Shown here: piece by piece, positions 1 to 12,856 of the stretch
Position numbering within the stretch: position 1 is the first letter of the stretch
Layout: each line of letters begins with the position of its first letter
From: Lama glama
Taxonomy: Eukaryota
Length of the DNA: 64,000 nucleotides
Reading direction: 5' to 3'
NCBI GenBank assembly: GCA_028534125.1
Contig: CM052823.1
Span: 38,688,001 to 38,752,000 of the forward strand
Notes under the pieces: generated by a model
Database searches by the model: none
Told to the model about the DNA's origin: nothing
Seen by the model: only the letters and a program-made list of their open reading frames with translations
Position numbers and translations under genes: made by a program

Positions 1-884
1 TAAGAAGCTATAGAAGATCCTGATCTGCAAAAAAGGAAGAGAGATTACAACCACCAATCCAACAGCTATGAGTACACGCATCAGCCAAGCCGAAGCCTTA
101 CTGGGAAGAACCTGGACCTAAATTCTTCTCCTGACTCCCCTCCCACTGTATAAGAAATAAAGTTGATCAGACATTCTGCCTCAAAGACAAGCATCCACCC
201 CCGGTTAAGTGGACACACTTACATTCCTCTGTTTCCTCCAGTTCTCCAGAGCTCGTTTCAGCCAAGCACCATGTGCCATTTTTAAGGGAAAACAGAACAT
301 TCTGCGCCTCTACCACTCTTTACTCATTAGAAATAAGTTTCAATAATTACTCTCAAGGAGATGGGTAGGGAATGGAGGGACATAGGGCATTGGGACATTT
401 ATTGGGGAGTCAATTCCAGCACCCAAAGGGTCAACTAGAGTGTGGATGACAGACATCTCCTGATGGTACTGGAAGTCAAAGCTACAAAGGGTCTAAACAT
501 AGTGTAACTCAGATATATAATTTGATAATATTTTTAACAATCACAGAGCCTTCTTGCTTGAGTACATTGAAGATACTCTAAATATGTTTCAAACAGAATC
601 AAATTGCCTTGGTGGAAGTCAGCAAGCTGGAGGAAATGATATGGGAGGAAATCAAAAAAGAGAGCTTTTGTGATGGTCGGGAATCACTTTCTTAGCAGCT
701 CAAGAACAATTTCTAGGACCGCCTCAGTGAAAACTGTCACCCTGGCAACATTCTGACAAGTGAACAACCAGTAATGCTCCATTTGCCATTGTAAATTAGA
801 TGCTACCCAACCATTGGCTCTGTCACTTAATAAGCAAAGTAGCGTAGACATCCATGTTTTCCCTTATCCCTAAAGTCCTTTTCA

Positions 885-1100
885 GGAGCAGAATGTAGTG
901 GTAAAGGGAATGGGCTGGGAACTGAACTGTTCATGTTTCCAACCCTGGCTCTATCTTCCCAGCTGTGTGATTTTGAGCAAGTGACCTAAACTTTCTGTAC
1001 TTCAGTTCACTCAGGTATAAAGTAGAGGTAACAATAGTGCTTCCCTTAGAGGGCTGTTGAAGGAAGATAAGTACTCAATACCTGTTAGCTATTATTTTAA
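885..1100 (+). mobile_element. MIR SINE
   Basis: MIR core-like 'agctgtgtgattttgagcaagtgacctaaactttctgtacttcagtt' and tail 'actcaatacctgttagctattatt'. Confidence 0.85.
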
Positions 1101-1229
1101 TTATTATTTTGGTAATCGTGCCATGATTCTCCTTCAGGAAACCACCATCTCTCCCATTCTCAGTCCATATGACTGACATGGACCTGAGATCCCCTTCCTT
1201 ACCTCCTCAGATATTGCCCTGCCCAAGGA

Positions 1230-1550
1230 GATTCTATGAAATTCAAGGTTAGGAGTTTTGATTTGAGCTATTGGGAAAGAGGTACTTTTACTGTCACTGG
1301 AGTTTGCTAAGCTAATGACTGTAAACCCATGGCTACTAGGAATCATCAATTAAGGGATCCTGCCTGAGAATAAAGCCAACACAGAGGAAAATCAGACTTG
1401 AGCAAAGGCAAGAGACCAAATCTTTATGACATTATTCAAGACCCTGGATCTAGCTGTTCCTGAAACCAATGCCTGAAATCCTTTGAATTTCCAACTGTGT
1501 GAGCCAATAAATTCCCTTCTTTGTTTAAATAATATAAATTAGGATTCTGG
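1230..1550 (+). mobile_element. ERVL-MaLR LTR (MLT1J/K-like), partial
   Basis: 'cctgcctgagaataaagccaacacagagg...ccctggatctagctgttcctgaa...gtgagccaataaattcccttctttgtttaa' resembles the old MLT1 3' half. Confidence 0.75.
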
Positions 1551-1619
1551 AATTTATTATTAAAGGAGTCCTAAGGAATATAGTATATGATGGCCAAAAA
1601 AATATTTGGAGCCAAGTAA

Positions 1620-1760
1620 TTTGCTACTTAATTTTCCAAAACTTGTACTGAGAACCTGCTCTGTGCTAGACACTGTCCTGGGTACCGTGATGCAGTGTTG
1701 AGGAAAATAATATTTACATTCTAGTGAGGGGAAAACAGTCGACAAATAAATTGATCGAAC
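1620..1760 (-). mobile_element. L2 LINE 3' fragment
   Basis: 'tactgagaacctgctctgtgctagacactgtcctgggt' is L2 3' end in antisense. Confidence 0.6.
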
Positions 1761-2419
1761 TACTACAATTTGTGGAGCTAAATATAGTCGAATATTGGTG
1801 ATTTCAGATGATTCAGCCAAATACCTAAAGGTCAAACTGTAGGTACTGTTCACCTCAAGAGAGGTGAACCACGTTGCTGGCTTCTAAGCAAATCACAGGG
1901 GGCTTCTAATTTTCCATCTTCATCCCACAGATCTCCCCTCCTCCTGCGCACTATTTCTTCTCTCATGAATTAACTCTAGGTAATGTCACAAACTTGGTTC
2001 CAGACAAAGAGATACAACCACCTTAGAAGGCGTTTTCCTATCGCTTCAGTCCCTCCCACCTATCAAATTACACTGCTTACCAACCCTGGGACCGGAGCTT
2101 CCTTCACGGGTAGTCAGTAACAGTCCGGCTCACTGACTGCGTCTTCTAACCGGTGTACCTCCTTGATCCCAACACGGTGCCCTTTGCTATCACTTGGTAC
2201 TTTCTCTGCCCACTGCCAGGCTGAACTCGTGATTCCTGCTCAGTTGTTCATCCCTTGCCTTCCAAGTTAGAACACCTAGCCAGCCCTCATCATTTGTGGT
2301 TTGGGGAAAGTTACATCTTACCTGACTGGTAGGAGTTTAACAGGACTGAATCTGGCAGAAGGACAGTTGATACTGGGAGTGACAGTGAAGTCAGTGGGAT
2401 AGACATGGAGTGGAACAGA

Positions 2420-2660
2420 GAGGCAGGGTGGGTGGCCTGAGGAAATGGACTCAGACAGAAATAAGCATGCAAGACATTATTAAGAAGTGCTTATGAGTGC
2501 AGCACCTGTAGGTAGGAAGGGGCGAGAAGAAAGAGGTAGGTTTGGGCGGAAAGAGAAGTTGAACTGTAATGCAGTCGTCATGGAAGACTTAGAAGCCGGC
2601 AGGGAGTTCTGAGATGACCGTTAAGACTTGTTTGGAATTGGAGTGCAAGACACCTGCTTC
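2420..2660 (-). mobile_element. Ancient ERVL LTR (LTR16-like) fragment
   Basis: 'gcacctgt...gtaggtttgggcggaaagagaagttgaactgtaatgcagt...gggagttctg' resembles antisense LTR16. Confidence 0.5.
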
Positions 2661-2959
2661 ATCTCTTTGCTAATGTGTTATTAGCAATATTCATGTTGTT
2701 TAAAGTTTGTGTTTTACTGTCTTAATTTTAATTGCAGTCTTTCCCCACTTACTGTCAAGCCCTTTTAGCCCCTCAGTAAGTGCTGTCCTTAAAAGTCAAT
2801 CAAATGCTTATTGAAGGCATGAATAAACAAATGAACAGTTAGCGATTAAAGGGAGTGAAACAAGATGATAATTCATATTCCCTACAGGACTGTGTATGTT
2901 TAAATAGGAATCTGATCACTTCATTGCCAACACTTAAGATAATTTCACATTTTAATCTC

Positions 2960-3350
2960 TCAACAAATACTGGTTAAGCAATTTATACCAAAGACTGCAG
3001 GGATACAGACACAAAGGAGAAATGATCTTTAGTATCAAGAAACTTGCCTTCTAGTTGTAAGTCATACAAACAGATAATTCTGATGCAAGTCAGGATGTGT
3101 CACTATCAGTGGGCTCACCCAAGGTACCCCAAGAGTTGGGAGATTTGAGGCTCTGCTAAACCGGGGACATGGTAGAAGGCATTGGGGAGATGGTGCCCTT
3201 TATCTGGGCTCTGAAGGATGAATTGGGCTTAGATAAAGTTAGTGTGATGTTCAAGGCTGAGGGAATGTCATGGACAGAGGAAGAGGAAGTCACGTGAATG
3301 AGCTGGATGATGGAGTAAATTTGTAGAACGGCAAGAGATGACACCAGGGT
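2960..3350 (-). mobile_element. L2 LINE fragment
   Basis: Degenerate antisense L2 3' region ('atctgggctctgaaggatgaattggg...agggaatgtcatggacagagg'). Confidence 0.5.
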
Positions 3351-4341
3351 ATTATTGGCCTATAGTCAGCTTCTGGAAACGTCGGAGAGAGTCTTAACCA
3401 CCCAGACAGCTGAGTCTTAAGAGAAAAACACTCTAGTACTCTTTAGTGTAATTCTTAATTTTATTCTGTTTTCTCCAGGAGTAGATCTATTCTAGGCCAG
3501 TAATTCTTTTGTGGATCTGGCTGGTTTTTATTTAGTTCTTTCATTTTCAAAAAATAGGGGATTATTCATAAGCATGTGTGAAATCATCAGGAATTGTATT
3601 GGTTTATAACACCAAGGTGATTCTGAAATGTACTAAATCTACCAAAAGGCTTAAATATTACCTAAACATTTCTTTTTTTTTTTTCCTTTTGGTGTTGGGA
3701 AGAGAGAGGTCATGCTCTGAAAACCCCTTTAAGAAAGAGAAAACTTTCAGAAAATTTTGTTAGACAGCTAATAACTAAATTTCTACAATTCTTCAAATGA
3801 TGTCAAACCAACTGTATGAGAGTATGGGAAGTGATGACATAAAAGCAAAAGAGAAACACATTTAACTTCTACAGTTGATAAGTACTAGAATAACCAACCA
3901 TGTGTTACCTGTGTAAGGTGGTTCTATCTTGTGATGATTTAAAATGAAAATGAATTTACTTTTAGACAGTGATGGGAGAAAATGGAGATTTGGGATAAAA
4001 CTCAGGAAAATAAGAATAAACAGTATATTTACTAACATACTATAATTGCTTAAGCAGTTTTGTCCTTCAGAAGTAAAACCAACCAGGGCTGCATCTCATC
4101 TCCAAGGGTCAGAAAATTCTCATTTATTTTTATCATAACCTTAGTTTGCAGCTAGATGCACGTCTAGGTTATCTGCCAGCATTTTTGTGATTGTCTGCTG
4201 GCTCACACTGTGCAGGAGGGTGGACCTGTTGAGTTAGGGCAGGACAGCCCCAAGTTCCTTTTGAAGAAATCCATGATTAATGTGTTCTCACATCTCCCTC
4301 AGCAGGTTGCACATTGGAAAGGTCTTTCCAGAGGCTTTCTG

Positions 4342-4378
4342 AAAAGAAAAAGAAAAGAAAAGAAAAGAAAAAAAAAAA
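4342..4378. repeat. (AAAAG)n/A-rich simple repeat
   Basis: Seen directly. Confidence 0.9.
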
Positions 4379-7300
4379 CCCAGGGCCGGGCAGATTCATG
4401 AATATCTTCTAGCTCCAGGAAAGCCATCCAGACTGGAAGTTTGCCAAAGGGCATACTTTGGCTTCCTGCCAGTATTTTGTAGTAGGGAAACATTATGTGG
4501 AGGGACTTCCTTTGCTCTAGTGAAAGCTTACCAAAGGTCAGAAAATTATCCATTTTACCCACACACAGAGTCTGACGTTCACAGATTTATGGCAGCTCAG
4601 GAATTCATGACATATCCTTAGAGTTTACCCTGGATGACAAAGAAAGTAGAAATATGATAATGAAATCATTATATATAAACATTAGTCTTTTCTGCACATT
4701 TTTTACAGTCCTGCCCCCCCAAAAGTATAAGTAATGATTTGATTTGCTTCACTCTATAATTCTTTGAATAACTTCTAAAAATATTTTCCCCAACAGAAAC
4801 ATAATATCATCTGGTTCATAATAACTAAACCTGATGTTCCAAAACATAAGTATAACTCTTTTTCTTTAAATTTTGTAATTGGGTCACCATATTTATAGTT
4901 TCATTTTTAAGCTACACTTTTTAAACAAAACACTTGATGTGAAGGAAAGGAAATATCACAAGGCCAGACTGGTTACTCCAATCCTTTCATTCTCAACTCC
5001 ATTTTCTTTTTCACATTAAATGCTGAAATTAAAGAAAAATAATGTTCTATTGTTGTTCCTCATGAAATAAATAGAACAGCCATGTACACAAACTGCTGAA
5101 CTTTAACGAAGCAATGTGTAGAGTTTTATTCCTTTCACAATGAAAATTTACCTCCAGTCTCTTTCATTCAATAAGAGGCCTAAGACCACCAACCTAGAAA
5201 TAATTTCTAGTTTTTAATAGTTTCCATTAATATCTATGAAAACACAGTAAATGCGTAATTTTCACATCAGGATATGGAACCACAAGAAGTGAATTATGTA
5301 TATGGACTACATAAAAGTAATCTCATAATACCAACGCTTGCCAAACAAAAGCGTCCTTTATAATTTTCATCCATTCAACAGATTCATTGAAGTCCTACCA
5401 AATGCTTTGTGTCAAGGTAGAAGGTTTAAGGGATATGAGATCTATGATGTGCAACTCCTGTCCTAGAGAAACTAGACTTCAGTTGCAAAAGCACACAAGT
5501 TTGTGTGCACACACGCTTACACATACACGAAACACTGAGTTACATGGGATTAAGAGTTCGACAGCGGTCCAATACACAAAGAGCAGAGTGGCTCAGAGGA
5601 AATGGTGATCACTATTATTTCTAACAGTCTAAGGAGTTGTCATGGAAATGGTGGGCATTTTTCCAAAGGATAAACCAATGGCCAAGGATTCCGTGCTTCA
5701 CAGATGTATACATCTAATTGAAAAGAAGATTCTGTTGATGCTCTGTTACCCTGGATAAATATTTTTATACCTTAACATCCCCCTTTCTTCTTTCTCTTCT
5801 CCTCACCCCACACCCATCAGCTGCTTGTGCTTATAGTGCCTGTTGCTATGACTCCTACACATTCTGCCAGAAATCGAAAGCAAGTGTCTTAATCTCTGAG
5901 CACCAGAGAAAACGATCTTACATTAATGACACATTTTTATGTACAAATAAAATGGCCTTCTCAGAGTTGGGAAAGGGGTAGATAGATAGACAGATATAGA
6001 AATGCATGGATTTTCTGAAGCAATTTTACTAAGAATTATAAACCATTCTTTGTATTCTTTTTCATGGAATCACATCAGCTGACTTCAGAATGATTTATCT
6101 TTGTGAATGAATAACTAAGGTAGCTGGAAATGAAATATTCATACTCTGTAAAGTTTTCTAAATATTTCTGAACCTGTCCATTTAATCCATTTCTTTTTTA
6201 ACTTTATTATTTTAATTATTAATTAGAATCAACACTAGAAGAATGTATTCTATCATTAGGAACCTTATATATACACAAAGGTGAGGGAATTAAAACCAGG
6301 TAGAAACTGTAGGAGGCTCATAACAGAACTGAAATTGTTTTTGTTTTCAACCCTCCTGGGTTGTAATACATCCAGCAGTGAGGTCCTGTAACTTCATCAT
6401 GAGATGGTGGTCCATGATCTGAGGTGGGCAGCACAGAGAAGATGCTAGAACATTACAAGGGCACAGACGCACTCCAGAACATAGAAAGATCTCTGTTTCC
6501 CTTAAAACCCTTTTCTGCTTTGTTTTCTTCAGAACTTGACTAAAATTAGGATGTTTCACACATGTGGTTAGCCTTATTTGGGGAAGTCAAGCTGTGTATC
6601 TCCTCTTAACAAATTGCCTTCTCTCTGCACCAGCAGCATGGATCAAGCCCAAAAATAGAAATCAGTTTACAGCCTGTTATTCAAATTAGGCCGGCTGTGA
6701 ATTCCTCTCTCTGCAAGGAGGTTTTCTGGCCATTCATTCCTAAAGTTGATAGTTGTTGAAGAAATATGTGTTCATTTTACCCATTGAAATTTTACTTATT
6801 AAGAAAGTCTGTGTACTCAGAAAGATATATGACTTGACTAAGTTAGCTTTGTTGAAAATGGGGAATCCAAATTTGGGGGAGGTATAAGAACCAACTTTCT
6901 AGACCAAGATGCCCCTTCAACTAATGAAACAGCAGAATTTATTTTACCACTGAGGTTAGTGATAGTCAAAATCTTACTCTGGACCATGAGTCGATGACCT
7001 ACCTAAGAGCTGGAAGACTTTGTACATTTCTGAGGTTAAGCAAACATGCCTGTGGTTCAGAAAGATGTATATCCACGTGGCACAACGTTAAGGCCGGAGA
7101 GGTGAGGAAAAGGCTACAAGGATGCACTTCTCAACTTTGCTTAACTTTATGGCTGTTTTATCCAGTGAAGTCATCTTCTGTGAGTAACTCGGCATCATCA
7201 AATCTGGGTCTCCAGGAGCTAGGAAAGCGGTACAAGGAACTCTGAGCTCCTAAAGAAAAGGTCTGTGTAAACATAGGGATTTTTAATTAACTTTTTCTTC

Positions 7301-7399
7301 CTCTAAGAACCAGCGTTTACATTTCTCTTTCTCTCCTCCTATTACTCCCCCCCATCACTCATTCTTTTCTGTGGTCAATTGGGTTACCACCCAAACCCA

Positions 7400-7418
7400 C
7401 AGTGACACCTGCTGGTCA
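7400..7418 (-). promoter_or_regulatory. Candidate CTCF-binding motif
   Basis: Minus strand reads TGACCAGCAGGTGTCACTG, close to the CTCF core CCASYAGRKGGCRS (one deviation). Confidence 0.45.
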
Positions 7419-8438
7419 ATCAGGAATGGCTGGACTGAGTATCTGCAAAGGCCTTGTTTGGCCCGAGATAGGCAAGTGAGTCCACTGGAACAAACATTAA
7501 GGACTATAGACTTCTTTTAGAAACTTAAGACAGTGAGAAAAAATTAAGTGAGCCTTTCCCTCCAAGGGGCAGCTTGGGAAGGAGGGATTTTTCAGGAAAA
7601 TCCGCCTGACCATTCCAAATAGAAAACTTAAGCATTGTATGTGTTTGGAGCTCATAAAAATAAGCCAAAAATACATCCTGTATTACGAATCAATTATTAA
7701 GTCTTAAGAAAATTGATATGCTAATTACTCGTGAAAGTCACTTTTTACGTTGGTTTTTATCAGCTACATTTATGGTCCAAAAAGTTTTATGTAGCATTAG
7801 CTCAGTGAAGTCCCAAGAGAACCACACAGGAGTGTGTCACACACACATTGTTTCCTTTAAAAATATTGATTAGATCTCCAAAACAAAGGGTTAAAATTTT
7901 AAATTTAAGACACTCTTTCCTATCACTTCCTCCAAACTTCCAATTCTTATTTCTTTACTGAAGAATATTCATGTTTTGTTAATCCTAGGTATTTATACAT
8001 TGGTTATCTTGGCTGGGTACATTTTTGAGGATGTTTGCTTTGTTTTAAGCAAATCTGTTTCTGACTTGAAAGTACAAATTCTAGTAAAAACAGAGACAAC
8101 AGGACTATTTATTAACATATGTACATTTTCATAAAATATTTACACTTTTCATTTGAAGGTTAAATCCTAGGAAAAATTCCTCATACACATGTTCGTATTT
8201 GAACCACGAGGTTGTCCCTGAGGACTTGTAGCAGCAAATGTGTATTAGACAAAAATGTTGGCCTTCTTCATCCTTACTCTGTGTTCTAAAAGCCAAAACT
8301 TCATTTTAACATGACCTTAGAAGAGTAGTGATACTTTTAGCATTTCCTGGTATTTGGTGGAAGGAATGTTTTTATTTGACTGCGGATGTCACTTGGTTTA
8401 CAGGAAAGATTTGGTAACGTGTTCATGCCAGTACTGCA

Positions 8439-8618
8439 NNNNNNNNNNNNNNNNNNNNNNNNNNNNNNNNNNNNNNNNNNNNNNNNNNNNNNNNNNNNNN
8501 NNNNNNNNNNNNNNNNNNNNNNNNNNNNNNNNNNNNNNNNNNNNNNNNNNNNNNNNNNNNNNNNNNNNNNNNNNNNNNNNNNNNNNNNNNNNNNNNNNNN
8601 NNNNNNNNNNNNNNNNNN
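8439..8618. other. Assembly gap
   Basis: N run. Confidence 1.
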
Positions 8619-9879
8619 CTGCGATTGGAGAAGGTAGACATAATGGATGGCAATAATAAATGAAAAGTTCAAGAGGTTAAGAAAAACTGTTTAATTATTT
8701 CTCTGGAGCGTGGGCTGCAGAAGCCTTGCATGTCTGCCTGCATCATGGTGGAAAGGCTGCGTGGAAGGGGGCCATCAGTACAGCCCAGGCAGGGCAGAAA
8801 AGCAGGTTGCTGGCCCTCAGCTGTGTTTATGAACACATGGTTTCGGATACCCTTCCCTCACTGAACCTTGCCGTTCCTGCCAGGGGAGGTCCAGTGCCAG
8901 TCCCAGGGCTCAGCATCTGTTTTCCAAGGAGCTTGGATTCGTTCGCATGAGAAATTCATTGCTCATAGTTGCTTCCCAGCTGTGGCACTAGTGAGTGTAG
9001 CCTTTCTGCCTTATTTATTTGTAGAAAACCAGGTCCCGTCCTCTGCTGGAGGCTCTCTTACATAACTAATCCTGGACAGGCTGCTGTGCTCTCAGTCCCA
9101 GCCCCGTTCAGCTGCCTTCTTAGCTTAAGAGCTCCTTCTTTAAACCTCCTCACTGGAATTTCACAAGGTGGGAGGTTGGGGGTCGAGGGTCCCACGTGAG
9201 GACAGGACCCTGGCAGTTCCCAAGGAACCATGTTCTCTAAATCAGATATCCAAGGAACAGGCCAGATCTACAGTCTGGGACCTTGGTGGGAGAAACACTC
9301 TGGGGGAGGCTCTCAGTGGAGTTTTGGAGGCCAGGGAAACAGCCCTCCCAGAAGAGAACAAGTGAAGGCAATGTGCTGAGAACTCCTCACAAAGTGTGCT
9401 CAGAGTGGGAGCCAGTAAAGGATACACAGTAGGTCTAGACCCAGGGTTTTAAGGAGAGCAGACAGACATTCTGTTACTAGACAAACTGAATTCTTTAGGG
9501 CTTCCATCCCTCAACCTGACCCCAAAACTTTTACAGCAAATTGCTGTCTGTCTAATTCCATATAGACTTGCAGACACCAGCCCAGGAGCAGCTGCTTGAA
9601 TGAACCTTGGCTTCTGAACTGAAGAAAAGCATTGTGAAGGCTGTGATGTAGAAAAGCAAAATGATGTGGCTTTGCTGTAATTTCGACTCTGAGCATTTTT
9701 CATTGTAATCTGAAAAAAAACATTGAAATCAAAACCTTAATGAAAGAATTAAAGCATTCTATTTATCCAGTGTCTTAACGTTAAAGACTCTGAGGTCAGA
9801 ATGCCCCATAAAAGAGGGGAAACTGTTTTCCAGTGTAAGGACTATAGGAGAAGGGGGGTGTACAGAAGGATGGGTCAGA

Positions 9880-10095
9880 ACCAGAGCTTTGAGTTAGGAA
9901 GTTCTGGATCCCGCTCTTACCTATCAGGGTGATCTTGGGGAGGTTATTTACCTTCTCAACACACCAGTTTTCTTGTCTGTAAATTAGGGCTAATAGTTCA
10001 GACCTCAGACTGTTGTAAGGATTACATGACACAGTGCACCCAGGAAGATACTCAGCGTGGGGTCAGGCATTCTCAATCACTGCTGGCAATAACTA
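9880..10095 (+). mobile_element. MIR SINE
   Basis: 'gtgatcttggggaggttatttaccttctc...cagttttcttgtctgtaaattagggctaata...gttgtaaggattacatga'. Confidence 0.8.
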
Positions 10096-10724
10096 ACAAT
10101 AATAACTAAGCCATCACCTAGGAACACAAAGACATTGAATTGAAACCCAGTCTTGACAACAATAGTCTGTGTGAACACAAACAAATTTCTTCCCTTTCCT
10201 TTGGCTCAGGATCTCCCCTTCGGTACCACTGGGATAAAGAATAGCATGGGTAGAATGTTTCAAACTGTATGAGATTAAAATGAAATAACCATTTTGGGAG
10301 AAAAGGCTATGTCCTAGGAGCAAGTGTCTATTCCGTTCTTACCCAGCACTGTACAGAGAACGTCCTGACAAAGGGGCAGTTACAAAGCCAGGGCCTCAGC
10401 ACCAACTCAGACGATGGGGGAAGGGCCACATGACCAGGCACACGGGACACAGGCCATCTGGTCTTCAGGACGGGACAGTCCAGCTGAACACAAAGGCAGG
10501 GGTGAGCTAGAGCACTTTCTCAGCCACCATGCGCACCCACTTTTCATGCTGGGATGCCTCAAATGGATTCAAGACACAGGCTTCAAGATGAACTGAACCT
10601 TTTCCGGGCCCCCGATCCCTGCACCGACCCCTCCAGGTAGGAGCAGTTTGGCTGTTTGTCTGGATGCCATACCCATGTCTGTGAGTCACAGAGTGAAGAA
10701 GACAGAGAAGTCCCAGGTTTAAGA

Positions 10725-10859
10725 CAAGGCCGGGACTAGGGTGAGGCACAAAATTTAAGAGGGTGCCCCAAAACTCAGTAATCAAAATAAATAATACTTC
10801 AATGCAGTGTTTTAAAAATAAAAATTAGTGCATAAAACCCCATGATGGACAAGATACAG
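10725..10859 (+). mobile_element. hAT-Tip100 DNA transposon (MER96B-like), 5' part
   Basis: 'gggactagggtgaggcacaaaatttaagagggtgccccaaaactcagtaatcaaaataaataat' matches the recalled MER96B 5' end; interrupted by an L1 tail. Confidence 0.7.
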
Positions 10860-11054
10860 GGTTTTTTTAATTTTATAGAACTGTTGTTGACTTACAATGT
10901 TAGTTTCAGGTGTAGAGAAAAATGACTCAGTTATATATATACATACATATATATTTTCTTTTCAGATCCTTTTCCATTATAGGTTATTACAAGAAATTAA
11001 ATATAATTCCCTGTACTACGTAGTGGGTCCTTGTTGTTTATCTGTTTTATATAT
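10860..11054 (-). mobile_element. 5'-truncated cetartiodactyl L1 3' tail
   Basis: 'gttgacttacaatgttagtttcaggtgtag...ccattataggttattacaag...gtccttgttgtttatct'; TSD aagatacag (10851-10859) / aagatatag (11055-11063). Confidence 0.9.
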
Positions 11055-11820
11055 AAGATATAGTTTTAAATAAATAAAGGATTGAAAGGTTCAGAAGCAC
11101 CAGGTAGGGCCGGAACAGACCTGGGCCTGTGGCTGCACCAGGAGAGAGCTAACGCTGGCAGAGCCGAGGGGTGCCGGGAGGCCCTGAAAGAAAAGCTCAT
11201 AAATGTCCAAGGTCTGTTTCTGAGGGCCTTGACCCCCAGAAGCCTTGTCCCCTTCATGGCTTCATACTGGATACATGTGAACTCCACAAACCGACTGGGG
11301 GATAATGTGAGAAAAAAGCTCTGTACCTCTCTGGGTTCAGGGTTCATTCAAAGCTGGCAACACTTGACTTTCGAGTTCAAAGGAAAAAACTGCTTATCAA
11401 AGAGCTCAAGAGATTTCTTGAACCTAGATCTAGTATTTACCTTGCAATGTTTTGATGAATGAGGGTTCAGTGATTCCAAAGTACACAGATTAAATTTCCC
11501 TAGAATATACACAATTTGGGAAAATGAAAGGGAAATGGCGCTTTGCGTAAAATCCGTTTTGGGTTCGGCTGTACCCCCAAGTATTTAAAAAATACCACAG
11601 AGCTTGCCAAACCCTAAGTGCTTCTGGGCTCACATAGCCTCAGCTCCCTACTTGAAAATACCTTCCCCGCAGGAAGTCTGTACCCTTCTGTAAGTGAAAG
11701 CATCCCCAGATGGTACAGGCCCGTCTCGTGCTATGTGACGCTCCATCAGAGGGCCTTGGGAAAAGCACAGAGCCCTAGTCACCAGGCTCGTGAGTCCTTC
11801 CTGAAGTCCGTTTACGTGGA

Positions 11821-12220
11821 TGACCCAGGAGCACCGGTCTGTTCAAATTTAGGTAGCAGCACCAAGCGCTCTTCGGTAGGGCTGTGCGTGCGGCGCTGTG
11901 GCTGGGGGACCGGAGCCAATGGAGCGCACCGCGATGAAAGCGAAGCGCTTGTATTCGAGGGAGACGGTCTCCTGCCATTTCCGTGACATTCTTCCTAACT
12001 CTCCTAGAGCAGGATTAGAAATGAGTATCACACAGACCCGAATGTTGCTTCTGAGTCGGGCAGCGCGAGGCGGCCGAGGAGCCGTGGAGACGGCTTCTCA
12101 GGCTGGCAGCCCGGGCGCAGGGTGGAGCCGCGGCCATTCTGTCCCAGGCTTCGTTTCTCGCGCTCGCTGCGCTGGCCTGAGAAGCCGGGCACGTTTCTTC
12201 AACCTTGGAAGCGGCGGAGC
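11821..12220. promoter_or_regulatory. Orphan CpG island-like segment (candidate promoter/enhancer)
   Basis: About 36 CpG in 400 bp by manual count, far above the flanks; CCAAT at 11916-11920. Confidence 0.7.
12091..12187 (+). other. 97-nt imperfect inverted repeat (candidate RNA hairpin)
   Basis: Perfect 13-bp arms cggcttctcaggc (12091-12103) / gcctgagaagccg (12175-12187), plus further nested helices. Confidence 0.6.
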
Positions 12221-12718
12221 CCTGTTCATTAGGGTTTGTGAATCAACCAAGAGGAATGGCCTTTAATATTTAAGTATGTCTCATGTAGCCATTAAAAATC
12301 TTTTACGAGTGTTAAGCCATTATTAAAGTAAGATGGCTCCAGGTCAGGGGCCCTTCCATGGCACTCCCACTGTGCGAATGGGACAGGTGCTGTCTCTTCT
12401 CAGGACGGTGGCTGCCTCCACCACTGAATTCGGTGTGCCTACTGCAGTTATAATTCCAAAGAGAAAAAAAAAAAATTACCATTAGAATTATTCCACCCCA
12501 GGAAAATTTTCCTTTCCATTATCTGAACAAAAACAATTTCTAACTCAACATTAGGTGGTTTTGTTTCTGTGTGTGTGTGTGTGGTTGGAGGGGCCGGGTA
12601 GGGAATATAGACCAATGATGATCAAATACATGGATATTAAAAACACCCATGAACACCTTTTACCACTAGATCACATGAGTCATAGTCCTAGAACTTATTC
12701 CCCTTCTTACGTTTACAG

Positions 12719-12856
12719 GTGGCTCTAGGTTCCACTCCAACCCACGTCGTCCACTATTCCCATGGCAACTGAGGGGATGACAGAAGGAGAGAACAATGTG
12801 GACACAAGCATGGAAAGCTAATAAAAGAAGATAAACATGCTACATAAGAGGAATAT
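12719..12856 (+). ncRNA. Candidate non-coding (lncRNA/UTR) exon
   Basis: Acceptor 'ttattccccttcttacgtttacag|G'; donor 'TAT|gtgagt' (alternative gtaagc 4 nt later); stops in all three frames. Confidence 0.3.

Noticed and set aside
4-160. Open frame at the window start ending in TAA followed by AATAAA
   Set aside because: Preceded by an in-frame stop, peptide unrecognised, truncated context.
1848-1869. Perfect 9-bp hairpin gttcacctc-aaga-gaggtgaac
   Set aside because: About one or two such hairpins are expected by chance in 64 kb.
11618-12266. 122-aa ORFs over the CpG island
   Set aside because: Non-ATG (GTG) starts, no recognisable domain; open frames are expected in GC-rich DNA.
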